From NCBI RefSeq assembly GCF_009914755.1, contig NC_060942.1: DNA of 64,000 bases. One strand, 5' to 3'. The notes beneath the pieces were generated by a model. That model was not told the DNA's origin and did no database searches. It saw nothing but the letters and a program-made list of their open reading frames with translations. Made by a program: the position numbers and the translations under genes. This DNA comes from the human T2T-CHM13v2.0 reference genome, Homo sapiens. Every line of letters starts with the position of its first letter. Position 1 is the stretch's first letter. This document shows positions 27,990 through 43,120 of the stretch, in pieces.

Positions 27990-28812
27990 GGAAGGAATTA
28001 ACAGCCCACCAAAATGGTGTGAAAATTACTTTAAACTCAAAACATCTTCACAATCAGCAGCCACAGAAAGAAACATTATCTAAACTTAGGCAGAGCCTCC
28101 TGAATTACAGCTTCTATGACCCCCTCTGAGGGAGTTTCCCGATTGTGAGAAGACTCATCCTAGGATCAGCGAGTGAGGATTTAGCTGTCCCTTATCATCA
28201 CAAGGCCCAATAGAAACTTCCCTACTTTCCCATGGAGTCCAAACCCCACTCCCCCTCTCTGTTAAGTTGGTATATAAACCTTTAACTCTGCAGCCATAAA
28301 AAAGAATGAGATCATGTCCTTTGCAGGGAAGTGGGTGGAGCCTGTAAACCATTATCCTAAGCAAACTAACACAGGAACAAATACTGCATGTTCTCACTTA
28401 TAAGTGGGAGCTAAAGGATGGGAACACATGGACACACAGAGGGGAACAACACACACTGGGCCCTATTGGAGGGTGGAGGTTGTGAGGAGGGAGAGGATCA
28501 GAAAAAATAACTAATAGGTACTGGGCTTAATGGCTGGGTGATGAAATAATCTGTTCAACAAACCCTCATGACACACGTTTACCTATGTATCAAACCTGCA
28601 CTTGTACCCCTGAACTTAAAATAAAAGCAAAAAACAAAAAACCAAAAACCTTTACCTCTGAGTATTCAGGGAGTTGCCCATTATTGAATATTTCACATGT
28701 ACATGTAAATAAACCTTGTCCTTTCTTTTGTTAATCTGTCCATTGTTACTTAATTCTCAGGCCTCTGACCATTGAACCAAAGTGAGTAGAGAAAAAAATT
28801 TTCCTCTTAGAC
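27990..28812 (+). repeat. 3' LTR of the ERV1 relic (contains an L1 insertion)
   Basis: Follows the polypurine tract; homologous to 20461-21272; TATA and AATAAA retained. Confidence 0.8.
28291..28645 (+). mobile_element. L1PA 3' end, 5'-truncated
   Basis: CAGCCATAAAAAAGAATGAGATCATGTCC..CTTAAAATAAAAG plus A tail; TSD AAACCTTTA(A/C)CTCTG. Confidence 0.93.
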
Positions 28813-29494
<682 letters not shown>

Positions 29495-30408
29495 ACCTAC
29501 TAACAGCAATGACAGAGTGCCAGCTTAAGTCCAGTTCTCCCAACATATGCTGCAGGGCCCTTTTCTGAGTCCTGGGCTACCCCAGGGTCATATGCTCTGC
29601 TTTGCCATGAATAATCCTGGTTTACACCACTGAAATTATTCGCCACATCCTCTTTTATTCTTAAAAGTTTTCCCCTTTGGATAATAAGTTATATTAATTA
29701 GGGACATAACAGATTCTATCTGCAAACATAACATGTCCCAAACTTAACTCCTGATCCAGCAAATGGCAACTCCTTCCTTTCAGTTTTTGAGACCAAAACC
29801 TTTGAAGTTACCCATGCTCTCTTTCTCTCATGCCTCACTTCCAATCCATACTGGTTCTACCTTCAGCACATATTCAGCCTCTGGCTTCTCACCACCTGCT
29901 CTTTTACTTGGATCTAAGCCACCTTTACTTCTCATACTGAATTCTCACCATAGCCTCCCATCTGACCTTCCTGCTTCCACCTTTGTCCAGAGTAAAACTC
30001 TTAAAGTATAAGTTGAATCATGTCAATCCTCTGCTCAAAACCCTCTGAAGCTGCCCTTTTATCTCCGAGTAAAAACCAGGTCTTTACCATAGCTTACAAA
30101 GCCCTGCATGGTAGGATGGTGTCATTCCCCACTCCACACTACATGCCCTTTGCATCTCATTTTCTACCTCCTTTCTCCATTTTGCTCCAACTCCCTATGG
30201 CCCTGTGCGGTTCCTCACACCTACCAAACATGCTCCCTGCCTCAGGGCCTTTGCACTCGATCGCCCCTCTGCCTGGAATGTTCTTTCCTCACATCTCTAT
30301 AAGACTTACTTCCTGATGTTCTTCAGGTCTCTGCTCAGATGCTCAAATCTCATTTTATTTTAAAAAGTCTTCATTTACCACCTTATATAAAATAGTCGTA
30401 CACAGATG

Positions 30409-30441
<33 letters not shown>
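30409..30441. repeat. (CA)n microsatellite
   Basis: Direct reading. Confidence 0.95.
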
Positions 30442-30443
<2 letters not shown>

Positions 30444-30444
<1 letters not shown>

Positions 30445-30862
30445 GTTGCAAGTTGGGTTCTTTGAAAGCAGATATTGAGACAGAGTTTGGGGTGCAGGAT
30501 GTTTATTAAGGCTCAGTGCCTGTGAAAGGAGAGAAGCAGAATGGAGCAGAGGGAGAAGTTGAATTGAGATACTGGCTTGACAAAACACTGGCCAGTTTGG
30601 CAGGGAGTCGTAGAGAAAATGTTGCCCATCAGAGTTGTCTGTATTAGGTAGAAATGGCCAGGCCTCTATACTCTTGCTTTGTGTAACCACTGGGTGAGGG
30701 TTGCCTTGGGAAGGGCATGACCTAGGGCAAAATAGCAGCCTGCAACTGAGGCTGGCCCTGAAGGAACTGACAGCTGGAGTCTGCTGCTGACCACGCCCCA
30801 CAGCTGGGCAACAAGTTCTTCCTTGAAGGGGGATCTGAGTGGAGCATCTTTGTGTCTACCAT
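30444..30862 (-). mobile_element. LTR16A-like ERVL LTR
   Basis: TGTTGCAAGTTGGGTTC..GAAAGCAGA..GCAGAGGGAGAAGTTGAA..GAAGGGGGATCTGAGTGG. Confidence 0.8.
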
Positions 30863-31299
30863 ACCCACCCACCTCCCCCAACCATGATAATAAAACTTCC
30901 TGAGAGCAGAGACTGGTTGTCTAATAAACACTGATATACCACTGGCACTTAGAACACTGCCTGGTTCATAGTAGGGCTTGGTTAAGTATTGGTTGGTTGA
31001 GTGAATGAAAAAGTTAATAAATAAAATCAGTTCCTAGGTTGGAGATTTATTAAGACTATAAATATAAGGTTGCCTTAAATTTTTTTTATCTCAGTGGTGC
31101 TCCTTCTATCTTTCATCATGAAAATATCTCAATCAGTTTTTTCCATGCCTGTTCTTGATCTAGAACCACAACACAGAATAATGATGCATCTTCAGTAACC
31201 TGAGAAGGAAGCATTCTTGGTGTTCTCTAAAGTCAGATTTCTTTCATGTTTTTTTTTTTTTTTCGTAATCTGCTTCCTCAGGTTGAGCAGATTTATTTT

Positions 31300-31480
31300 C
31301 GATAGGCTGTGTGGCAGAATGACGGAGCACTGGACATGGGGTCTACAGATCCAGGGTTTAGTGTCAGATCTGTTATTGGATGACTTTGACCTTGAGCAAG
31401 TCACAGCCTTCTTGAATCTGTTTCTTCATCTAAAAATAAGAAAGTTGAAAGGAGAATTTCCAGGATTTCTTCCAGCTTCT
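31300..31480 (+). mobile_element. MIR
   Basis: TGACCTTGAGCAAGTCAC..CTGTTTCTTCATCTAAAAAT. Confidence 0.75.
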
Positions 31481-31582
31481 TGCATACTGTAGTTTTCTTC
31501 ATTCAGGCCCTTGAACTGTACATTTATGTGCTATTTTGCCTGATTATCTTTAGACAGAGTAAAAAAAAAAAAACAACAGCTA

Positions 31583-32042
<460 letters not shown>

Positions 32043-34110
32043 TCAAAGGCCAAGCATGATCCTAGGACAGGAGGACTGATGAGTCCATCCTAAGCTGTAT
32101 CTGTAGGAAGAGCAAATGTACCACTGGAGGCATCAGACTAGAGAAAGAGGTAGGGGACCTAAAGGGTATTGGTATTTGTTTATTGCCTGTCTTTCATCTC
32201 TCTCATAATCTCTCCCCTACAGTATAATCTCCACAAGATTACAGAATAGGCACCTAATAAATATTCATTTAAAAATAAAAGATGTTAGCATCTCTATAGC
32301 AGTGATGTTCACACATTGTTTTGGAAAGCAGTCACTGTAAGAAACACATTTTTTTTTCACATAGGACCCAATACTTCTATCAGTCTCTCTATCTATCTCT
32401 CTATCTATCTATCTAAATTAAAACGGGTTTCATGAAACAAATCCTACTCTTGCTAGGTATGATGCTTTCTGTTATTTTAATCTTCTATTTATTTATTTTA
32501 AAAATTCTGACCCTGACCTACTCAACTCATTTAGCAACCTCACAAGGCAGGAGGGAGGCCCCACTGGTCGGTGTGATGGGATCACCTGAGCTGGAAATGG
32601 AGGTTCCAGCTGAATCGGAAATTCGTTCTGATTTCACGCTCTGCAGGAAGGCTTCGTATTTTAACAGGATTTCCTCATGGATTTGCCTTCAGGGAATGAA
32701 TGTGCTCATCAGCAAACATGAGTATCTGCCTTGTTAATACTTCTATCAATTAATTGATAGTATATAGCAATTAATCAATCGATATTCTACTTTATATACC
32801 ACTCTCTTGTGAATTTGATTAATGTGAGTCAGAATCTGAGAAACTATTCACCTCTGGATGCCCTGACAAGGTCATAATTCTACAAAGAACGGACCCCAGA
32901 CTGGACAGAGAATAGGCCAGCTCTGTGATGATTTAATGAAACACTCCCTTTCGGAGAGTCTAATGCTTGGAGCAGTTTGGAAAGACACCAGAGATCTTTT
33001 TGGATGCTGTCACTAATTTTAGACTTGATTGTGAAATCATTTGTAAACCTGTGGAAGCCTCTCTGCTTACCCAAATAAGGATGTTTTATAGAGATGACAG
33101 ACTTCAAGTTTGTTTAATAAAACTCTCTTATAGCCCTTGTCCTTTGGTAATAACAACAGAATCATTTTCAGAGAATTAATAGTTAGCACACATGAATATC
33201 ATATAGTGGAACATGCTTTCTTGCCCTTGGAGACTATATAATAAATACAACCTCCAGGGCAAACTAAACCTAAACAATATGCTCACATAAGCATGTGCTT
33301 ATTTAATCATGCATTGCGTTTGGATAGGGTTTTATGGTCTCCACATGTGTGCAGGCTCACTTGTTCTTTAGGAAGTTAGGATGGGTGGTGTTATAACTGT
33401 GATTCTGAAGATTTAAAATAATCCAACAAGGTCACATGCTCAGTAATAGAAGAACTAGGCTTCTTGCTGGCAGGTCAGCTCTCTTCCTGTGGTTTCACAA
33501 TAACATTTGAATACAACAATTCTCTTCTGCAGGGCTCCAGCCTCTGTGATGTCCAACATGCTTATGAGCAGGTTCCAACATGCTGCAGCTCTATTTCCAA
33601 GCCTACTCATCCTTCCAACTTACACCTCATATGGTGCACATGGAAAAGACATAAATTTGGCTAACTTTGTGCAATGCAGGAGGGGCTATGTACACTTCCC
33701 ACTCTCGAAACTATCCTCTTGACTCTCATGGCTAGAGAAAGCCATCTGATCCCAAGAGTTATCTAGATCCAGTATCTGGAGGGTAATTCAAATCAGAACC
33801 AATAAACAACAAAAGGAGGTAATCAGGAACGAATGCACACCACGGAATGAGCATGATGTACAGCTGACCACACAGTTTATATAAACATGTGGCACACTGC
33901 AAAAAATATAGAGTGAGTTTCTTGGACCAGCTTCCAATTTGTCTTCACTAAAACGTAATGAAAGTATGGGACTTCAAATACATTAAGTTAGTCACTCTTA
34001 ACGCCTGGAGCTTTTCAAAACCATCCATACTCAGACTTCACTCCAGTTGGACGCCCACGCCATTCTAAAGGTCTGATAAGTGACTATTCCTGCTGTTTAA
34101 AACAGGCATT

Positions 34111-34376
<266 letters not shown>

Positions 34377-35064
34377 AAGCAGGCATTAGTACCAAATATT
34401 TGCATAAGGCTCTTTTCCTAATTTAGTGCTTCAGTGTTTTGGCCATTTCTCGACATTATCTACATTTCATTAATCCTGAAGTTTCCCACTTCTCTCTATA
34501 TACCTATTGAAACACAACAGCACAGTGGTCTTTTATCTTAGTGCGTGATTGTTGAGTCCTCAGATTTAATTGTTGTTAGTTGCTTGGTGATAATATCATG
34601 GAGGTGAGAAAAGAAGAGGCAGCTGGGTAATCAGCTTTGCAGGCAAAACAGGATAAATTCCAGGGGCCCTGCCCCCAAGTAGCCACACTGGACCTGTGTG
34701 TTCACTCAGAACAGCTCCAAAACCCCTAGTACTTCTGTGTCACCCATTTCCCTACAGTTCCCAGAGAGGCAATCCCATTCAAAAGTATGCAACCCCTCCC
34801 AAATCCTTCTTTGTGACTTACAAAAAAATTCCCAGATTTTCTTTTAAGTATTCATCCCTGATGATAAACAATCTATAGTTTTCCCAAAAAGAATGCCCCC
34901 ATTCTCTGCAGTCACTTGAGGGTTATTAACATGTTCCTTTACAAATCCTATAGACCAAGTGGATTAGCTATAGCCACTTCACAGTTGAGGTCACTGAGGT
35001 CTAGAGAGAAGAGGGAACATGCCCAGCATGCAAGGCGCGATCCACTGATGGGCTAACAGATTCA

Positions 35065-35230
35065 CTGAGTGCTGTTTATTAATTGATGCAATTCTTACAA
35101 TAGCAACATTATCCTCATTTTATACATGTGGAAAGAGAGGCACAGAGAAGTTGAGTCACTGCATTTGGACCCACAGGTAATAGGTGGCAGTGTGGCCACA
35201 CACCAGAGCCCTTGCCTGGATTACCATTCT
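35065..35230 (-). mobile_element. MIR
   Basis: ATTATCCTCATTTTATACATGTGGAAAGAGAGGCACAGAGAAGTTGAGTCACT. Confidence 0.75.
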
Positions 35231-35754
35231 GGGTGTGGAGCCGGGAGTATTCCTGGAGGCCGAAGGAAAGGATCCAGACTCAGTCTGCGGAAAGGCTCTG
35301 AGTCCTGGCTGCTCCAACATGACCCTTCTCTCCTGCTCACATATTCCTGAAGGAAAACATGGGACTCTGTGATGTTTAATACAATAAAGAATGGGGCTTT
35401 TGACTGCAAACCTCTCTAAGGAATGATCATCCAGTAAAGGGTATGCAAAACAGAATTATTAAATAAAGAGGTAGAATGACTTTAACCTACCAATCCCTTC
35501 CCCAAGACTGAAAGTGGAGAAAAAGAGACAGGGGCTGCTTGTTTAATTGTATTTCTAGAGAGCAGGCTCTGATAACCACTTGCTCCTGCCATCTTGGTAA
35601 GTAGATTCCTGTATAGAAGAGAAAGAAAGTCATCAAATCCAAATAACTTCAAGCCAGCTCCCAAAGCAAGCCTGGCAAATTGCTCAGCTGACAGCAGGTA
35701 AGAGGACTTCCAGGGAGAGGAGCTCAGAGGGCACCTCCCAGCTGGGGCTGCTGG

Positions 35755-35895
35755 AGTTGGCAAACAGAAATGCCTGACACCCAGCGGAATTTGAATTTCA
35801 GATAAACACTGAATAATGTTTGTGTCTAAGTATGTCCCTGTTGTTTAGCAATTCAAATTTAGTGGGGCATCCTGTATTTTATCTGGCAACCCTAA
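35755..35895. mobile_element. MER53 palindromic hAT MITE
   Basis: AATTTGAATTTCAGATAAACA..AAGTATGTCCC..CAAATTT..CATCCTGTATTTTATCTGGCAACCCTA. Confidence 0.85.
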
Positions 35896-36026
35896 TCCCA
35901 ACACTAAAAAGATAATAAGTACATGGTATAGTTTCCCTAGATGACTAAGCCTTCCTACCTCATTATACCCTGAAGACCTGAACTTCTTTCACTAAAAAGA
36001 ACATGAAATTCTACATTTACACATTA

Positions 36027-36399
<373 letters not shown>

Positions 36400-36476
36400 C
36401 TACCAGTAGTGTGAGGGGGATGTTATTACTGCTGCTGTTCGTCCCTAGTAAAAGGAACAACTAAACGTTGTTGAAG

Positions 36477-36754
36477 GCAAGATGCGATGGTGTGCACATG
36501 TAGTCCCAGCACTTTGTGAGGCCAAGACAGGAGGACCGCTTGAGCCCAGGAGTTTGAGACGAGCCTGGGCAACATAGCAAAACCATGATTCTACAAAAAA
36601 AAATTTTAACGCTAGCTGGGTGTGGTGTTGTGTGCTTACACTCAGGACGCTGAGGCGGGAGGATCGCTTGAGCCCAGGAGCTCGGGGCTGCAGTGAGCCA
36701 TGAGTGTGCCACTGTACTCCAGCCTGGGTAACAAACAGAGCAAGACCCTGTTTC
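36477..36754 (+). mobile_element. Alu (AluJ); its tail resumes at about 37474-37503
   Basis: J-type dimer whose 3' end CAAGACCCTGTTTCT is duplicated at 37459. Confidence 0.92.
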
Positions 36755-37459
36755 TTTTTTTTTTTTTTTGAGATGGAGTCTCACTGTGTTGCCCAGGCTA
36801 GAGTGCAGTGGTGCGATCTTGGCTCACTGCAACCTCTGCCTCCGCCCCCAGTTCAAGCAATTCTCCTGCCTCAGCCTCCCGAGCAGCTGGAATTACAGGC
36901 ACCCGCCACCACGCCCGGCTAATTTTTGTTTTTTGTTTGTTTGTTTGTTTTTGGAGACGGAGTCTCGCTCCGTCACTCAGGCTGGAGTGGCGCCATCTTG
37001 GCTCACTGCAAGCTCCGCCTCCCGGGCTCAAGCGATTCTCCTGCCTCGGCCTCCTGAGTAGCTTGCACTATAGGCACGCACCACCACACCCAGCTAGCTT
37101 TAAATTTTTTTTTTTTGTAGAATCATGGTTTTGCTATGTTGCCCAGGCTCCTGAGTAGCTGAGGCTACAGGCGAGTACCACCATGCCCAGCTGATTTTTT
37201 GTATTTTTAGTAGAGACGGGGTTTCACCGTGTTAGCCGGGATGGTCTCGATCTCCTGACCTGATCCGCCCGCCTCAGCCTCCTAAAGTGCTGGGATTACA
37301 GGCGTGAGCCACCGCGCCCGGCCTAATTTTTATATTTTTAGTAGAGATGTGGTTTCATCATGTTGGCCAGGCTGGTCTCCAACTCCTGATCTCAGGTGAT
37401 CCACCCTCCTCGGCCTCCCAAAATGCTAGAATTATAGGCGTGAGCCACTGCGACCGGCC
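36755..37459 (-). mobile_element. AluS inserted at the end of the AluJ and itself split at its linker
   Basis: Right arm 36755-36929, left arm 37324-37459; TSD CAAGACCCTGTTTCT. Confidence 0.9.
36930..37323 (-). mobile_element. AluY nested in the AluS linker, carrying an extra templated segment
   Basis: GCAAGCTCCGCC and GTGTTAGCCGGGATGGTCTCGATCTCC; TSD TAATTTTT; about 95 bp longer than normal. Confidence 0.88.
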
Positions 37460-38154
37460 AAGACCCTGTTTCTAAAAAGAAAAATGAAGGAAGAAAGAAA
37501 AAGTTGTGTAAAGATGACTGGGCTGGGAATGAAGAGAAACGGGTTCTAGTTCTGCAACGTCCAACCCTATAATCAGCTCCACCGGCTGCCACACAGCTTC
37601 CTTCCTTCCCGCACACTTCAGCTCAAATCCTGGCCATGGCTCACGTATTGGTAACGGCGGAGGAACCAGGGAAGAGGGCCTGAGGTGGAGGATTTCTGTA
37701 TTTTTGTGTGGCTTGCGGGTTGCGGGTTGAAACCAAAATATTGCTTAATATTTAAAAGTGCATATCTAATTAATACAATTAGATATTTTAACAATTCTAT
37801 CCACAATATATGCACCTGTTTTCATTAAAAATAAGAATGATACCTCTCTGTCCCTAGAGAGAGAGCTGGAGAGGAGCGGGTGTCGTGGGCTCTGCCACTA
37901 GTGAGCTCCGCGTATGTGATTATTTTCTGAGGGTCAGATTCCTGTCACGTGTGAAACAAGCTGGACTGAAGACCAGCTGGACTGAAGGTCTCTTGGCATT
38001 CTAGAACTCTTTGACTTGACAATTCCTCAGCAGGCTTTTGTAGGCTGCAGGAATTTCCTGACTCAGAGAACAGAGTTAGTATCACCACTTAGCTAGTTTC
38101 AGCTAGGAGACAAAGTACCTCCAGCTTTATTGCCAAATAACAACCACAAAATGT

Positions 38155-38450
38155 GGCTGGGCATGGTGGCTCACACCTGGAGTCCCAGGACTTTGGGAGG
38201 CAGAAGGGGTGGCTCACTTGAGCCCCGGAGATGGAGACCAGCCGGGGCAACATGGTAAAACCCTGTCTCTGCCAAAAATAAAAAAATTAGCCCCGCATGT
38301 TGGTGCCTGTTGTCCTAGCTACTCCGGAAGCTGAGGTGGGAGGATCGCTTTAGCCGAGGATGCAGAGGTTGCAGTGAGCCAGGATGGCACTACTGCACTC
38401 CAGCTTGGGCGAAGGGAGTGAGACTGTCTCAAGAAAAGAAAAATAAAAAC
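38155..38450 (+). mobile_element. Alu (AluJ)
   Basis: Diverged dimer with A-rich tail. Confidence 0.94.
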
Positions 38451-39228
38451 TAAAACCATAAAATGGAAAGGACCGAACCTTAAGTAAAAAAAAAAAAATC
38501 TTTATTAAATAATAGCAGCATTCATTCTTCTTCATTAGCAAAACGTGCCAAAGGAGCAGTTGTTCAAAGGCAATTGCCTCTGGCCCTTGCCCACAAGCCT
38601 CCTTTTAAAAGGAAATTAACCCTCTGAGTCATGACACAAGCATATTCACACTCCAAGTGAGAGACGAGTCAGATAGCATCATAAACCTTCCACCCCAACT
38701 GTCTGAACAGGTTCAGAGGATTCTGGAATTACCGCTCTTTGGGCCATTTCCCAGGTGGGAAACTTCCACACAGTCACTGTGTTTACTTGCTTACTGACTG
38801 GCAGTAACCATGAGTTCCCTAGGCTTCACACTCTACCCACTGTCAGCTCATTGTACAGGTAATAATTCCTCAGTTACCCACATTTATGTTTTGTACCTTA
38901 ATTATTTCATTCTAAATGTCAACAAAACCCCTCAGCAGGTGTCTGACGTTGGTAGAAAGCCTGCAACTCCTGACTCTCTAATACTAGCAGTAAAAGAAAA
39001 CATAATGGCTATTTAAATGCGGCCACACCAAATGCATTGAAGTGTACAATACAAATTCCAGTGGATCTAAATTGAAAACTTTTGTCAAAAAGTTCAAATC
39101 TTTGAAAAGTATATTTAATAACACTTTTTAAAGTTATTAAATTGCAACAGAAAGACTTCGAGTTGGAAAAGCTGAATTGCCTTTAAAGTAACATTAATGA
39201 TAATAAAAATTCTTATTATTATAAAAAT

Positions 39229-39532
<304 letters not shown>

Positions 39533-40460
39533 GCGGGGGGCGGCGAAAGCATCCCTTTCCTGTAATAACACAAAGTATTTAACAATATGTTTTGCTCCAT
39601 TTATGGTCATGACAGTGGGAGTAATGGTTGGTGAAAATATTATTCAGGAATAAAGAGACCTTTGGATTCCTCTCACTATATATCAACACTCAAAATGAAG
39701 GGGGAGCATTTTTTTCTCTGGTTTTTTTTTTTTTTTTTTTTGGATCAATGTGAATAACTCACCAAGATCAATTAGTTCCCAAAGCAGATCTAGGGTAACT
39801 CTCTATCCAGCTGAAATTCACCGGATGATTGCCAAATCTTTCATTTTCTTTTTCAACTCTACCTGTGCTTAACATCTGGTTTGGGATTTTAAAAAAATTC
39901 ATTTGGAAGCAAAAGTGAACTGGATTCTTCCCTCTGGAGCTCTGGGAGACAGAAGAGTGTTCTTTGCATTCTTCAGTGCGTGGCCCAGTTTTCTTGTGGG
40001 GCCAGGCTTATGTTCGACAGTCCCCAGGGACCCTGCAACAACTGCAATAGTCCTAGCCTTCCAGTAAAGGCACTTTGGGATCTGTGACGAGGCACCAGGA
40101 CTACTGTACAGGGCTCCCTGCTCTGCCTGCTGCCAGAGTCTTCTGCGGCCACTGCCTGAGTTTGAGGGGAGTCAGGGTGGTAGACAACTGACAGGTATAT
40201 AGAGTTACTGAGACAGCTCCCAGAAATGCCCCAGAGTGCTGGGGCCCTGGTTCTGGATTTTCTATGTGCAGTCCCCAGGGTTCAGACCTTTACGTCCAGG
40301 CCTGGAAAATAAAAAATGCAGTTTTCCTTTTGGTTCATTCAATGAAGCCATCTTTCAACATCTTTTCTGCGCCCCTGGATCTCCTCAAATTCTTCCTTCC
40401 ACTCCTTTGGGGAAGTCAACCTTGCAGTCTAGAACTCATCCATGACTTAATCATCGTTAG

Positions 40461-40570
40461 TGCCTCCTCTCCCTCCCTCCCTCCCTTTCTCCTTTCTTCC
40501 TTCTTCTTTCCTTTCTCCTTCTCTCCCTCCCTTCCTCTCTGAAACTCTTTTGTTTCTCTTTCTTTGTTCT
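40461..40570. repeat. CT-rich low-complexity (polypyrimidine) tract
   Basis: Runs of (CTCC)n and (CTT)n. Confidence 0.85.
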
Positions 40571-40704
40571 CTGCTAAATTTCCCATCTCTGTCCCACTTT
40601 CCAAGCCTGGAGTCTTTCAGAAGACCGTATGGGTTGTTCTAGAGCAGCACTGCTTAATAGAGATACAATGTGCAGCACATGTATAATGTGAAGTTTTATA
40701 GTAG

Positions 40705-41021
<317 letters not shown>

Positions 41022-41243
41022 GAAGCTACATTTTAAAAAGTGAAAAGGAACAGATGAAATTATTTTAATAACATTTATTTAAACCAGTATATTTGGGTAT
41101 TATTTCAATGATAGTATCACTTCAATATGTAATCAATATAAAAGCTGAGAGATATTTTGCATTCTTTTTGTCATGCTAAGACTTTGAAATCCTGTGTGTA
41201 TTTTATACTTATAACACATCCCAATTTGGACCAGCAGCATTTC

Positions 41244-41353
41244 TTTTTTAAAAAAAGTCTTCTTGTATTTTTAACGGACAAATGATAACTGTATATTTAC
41301 AGGATACAATGTGATGTTTCAAGACATGCACACATTGTGGAATGATCCTATCA
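41244..41353 (-). mobile_element. L1MA 3' terminal fragment
   Basis: TGTATATTTACAGGATACAATGTGATGTTT..ACATTGTGGAATGAT. Confidence 0.75.
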
Positions 41354-41449
41354 GCAGAGCAGCCACTTTTCAAGGGCCCAGTAGCCACATGTGGTTGGTG
41401 GTGGCCATATTGGACAGTACACATGTAGAGACTAATTTGCCCCCACGTT

Positions 41450-41919
41450 GTTGTGGCAAGGATTGATAATTACCTCCCGATGTTTCTTTTCCCTTCCAGT
41501 TTAATAATAGAACTTCAGTTGTTAGGTTTTATTTCTTAGCTTCCCATGCAGGCCGGTGTGGCCACGAGACCAAGTTCAGGTCAACGAGATGTAAGTGACA
41601 GCTCAAGATTCCACCGTTCTCCTTATGGGGGAAAGAAGTGTTCTTTGTCAGCTCTACCCTGTGTTTAACATCTGACTTGGGATAAAAGATCTTTACAGAG
41701 GAAGAATAAGCTGACTTCTCTCCTCTGGACTTTGAGAGAGAAGAGTGTTCTTGGTCTTGTTTCCTCAGTTGGACTGAGCCCTGAAATGCCTTCACAGAAC
41801 TGCCACGGCAGCCTTGGGCTCTTAGCCCCTGTACTTCTCTGTGGGAGAAATAAACTTCTGCCTTACTGAGGCCATGAGTATTATGAGCTTTTTTAATGCT
41901 CCTAATCTGAACTGATTCA
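41450..41919 (+). mobile_element. MLT1J-like LTR
   Basis: TGTGGCCACGAGACCAAGTTC..GAGATGTAAG; GTGGGAGAAATAAACTTCT. Confidence 0.65.
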
Positions 41920-42327
41920 TTTCCATAAGACAGTTTTTGCCTACAACAAAATCAGTCACAGCAAGTAGCAGGTAACCTTGGAAAACACTTTGTGGCAATA
42001 CTTTGCATCTTATCTTACCGTGTCTGTCCTCAGAGATGTTCTGAGTGTCTCTACCCACACAGACTCTTTGACTCACTGAATAAGCATGAAAAGGGGGTTC
42101 TCTCATAGCCTCATTGAGAGAGAAACAGACTTACTGATCGGGATTGCCTGAAACTTTCTGCTGCTGTATGCTTTAGTGGGAGGAAAAAGGTCAGTGATAT
42201 AGACCAAAGTTTTAGACTATATTTAACTTTCTTTAAGAGTTAAAGTTGAAAAACAAAATTTTCCTGGCTCACAAGGGTCAACTGGAACATCATGCTGCAC
42301 ACATCTGAGTGTCTGCTATCTCATTCT

Positions 42328-42623
<296 letters not shown>

Positions 42624-42678
42624 TGCTATCTCATTCTTAATGAAAGGGTTTCCTCAAATTCTTTAGAACATGTGTCTT

Positions 42679-42972
42679 TGGCTGGGCCCACTGGGGGTTG
42701 GTGCCTGTAATCCCAGCACTTTGAGGCCAAGGCAGGAGGATCGCTTGAGCCCAGGAGTTCAAGACAAGCCTAGATAACATTGTGAGATCCCATCTCACTG
42801 TTTAAGAATTAACCAGGGGTGGTGGCACATACTTGTAGTTCCAGCTACTCGGGAGGCTGAGGCAGGAGGATTGCTTGAGCCTGGGAGGTCAATGCTGCTG
42901 TGAGCCATGGTCGCTGCATTTCAGCCTGAGTGATAGAGCAAGACTCTGGTCTCAAAAACAACAACAACAAAA
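42679..42972 (+). mobile_element. Alu (AluJ)
   Basis: Dimer; TSD AGAACATGTGTCTTT. Confidence 0.95.
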
Positions 42973-43120
42973 AGAACATGTGTCTTTCAACTAGAAAGTG
43001 CTCCAAAGGCAATTCAGACCAAATAAAAGGGAAGATAAGGTGCAACGAGCAAAGTTGTGTTGAAGTGACTCTGGTAGATGCCACAGGTCATCTAGACAAG
43101 GAGCTTTTGTGACCAGAAGC

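Larger units (their letters stand above)
29720..31008 (+). mobile_element. L2a, interrupted by a (CA)n repeat and LTR16
   Basis: AACATGTCCCAAAC..CTCTGCTCAAAACCCTC..CCTCAGGGCCTTTGCAC..GCCTGGAATG; 3' end TTGAGTGAATGAA. Confidence 0.85.

Noticed and set aside
32300-32545. Possible hAT-Charlie relic (likewise weak MLT1 pieces at 18560-18800 and 61050-61340)
   Set aside because: Too degenerate to assign by eye.
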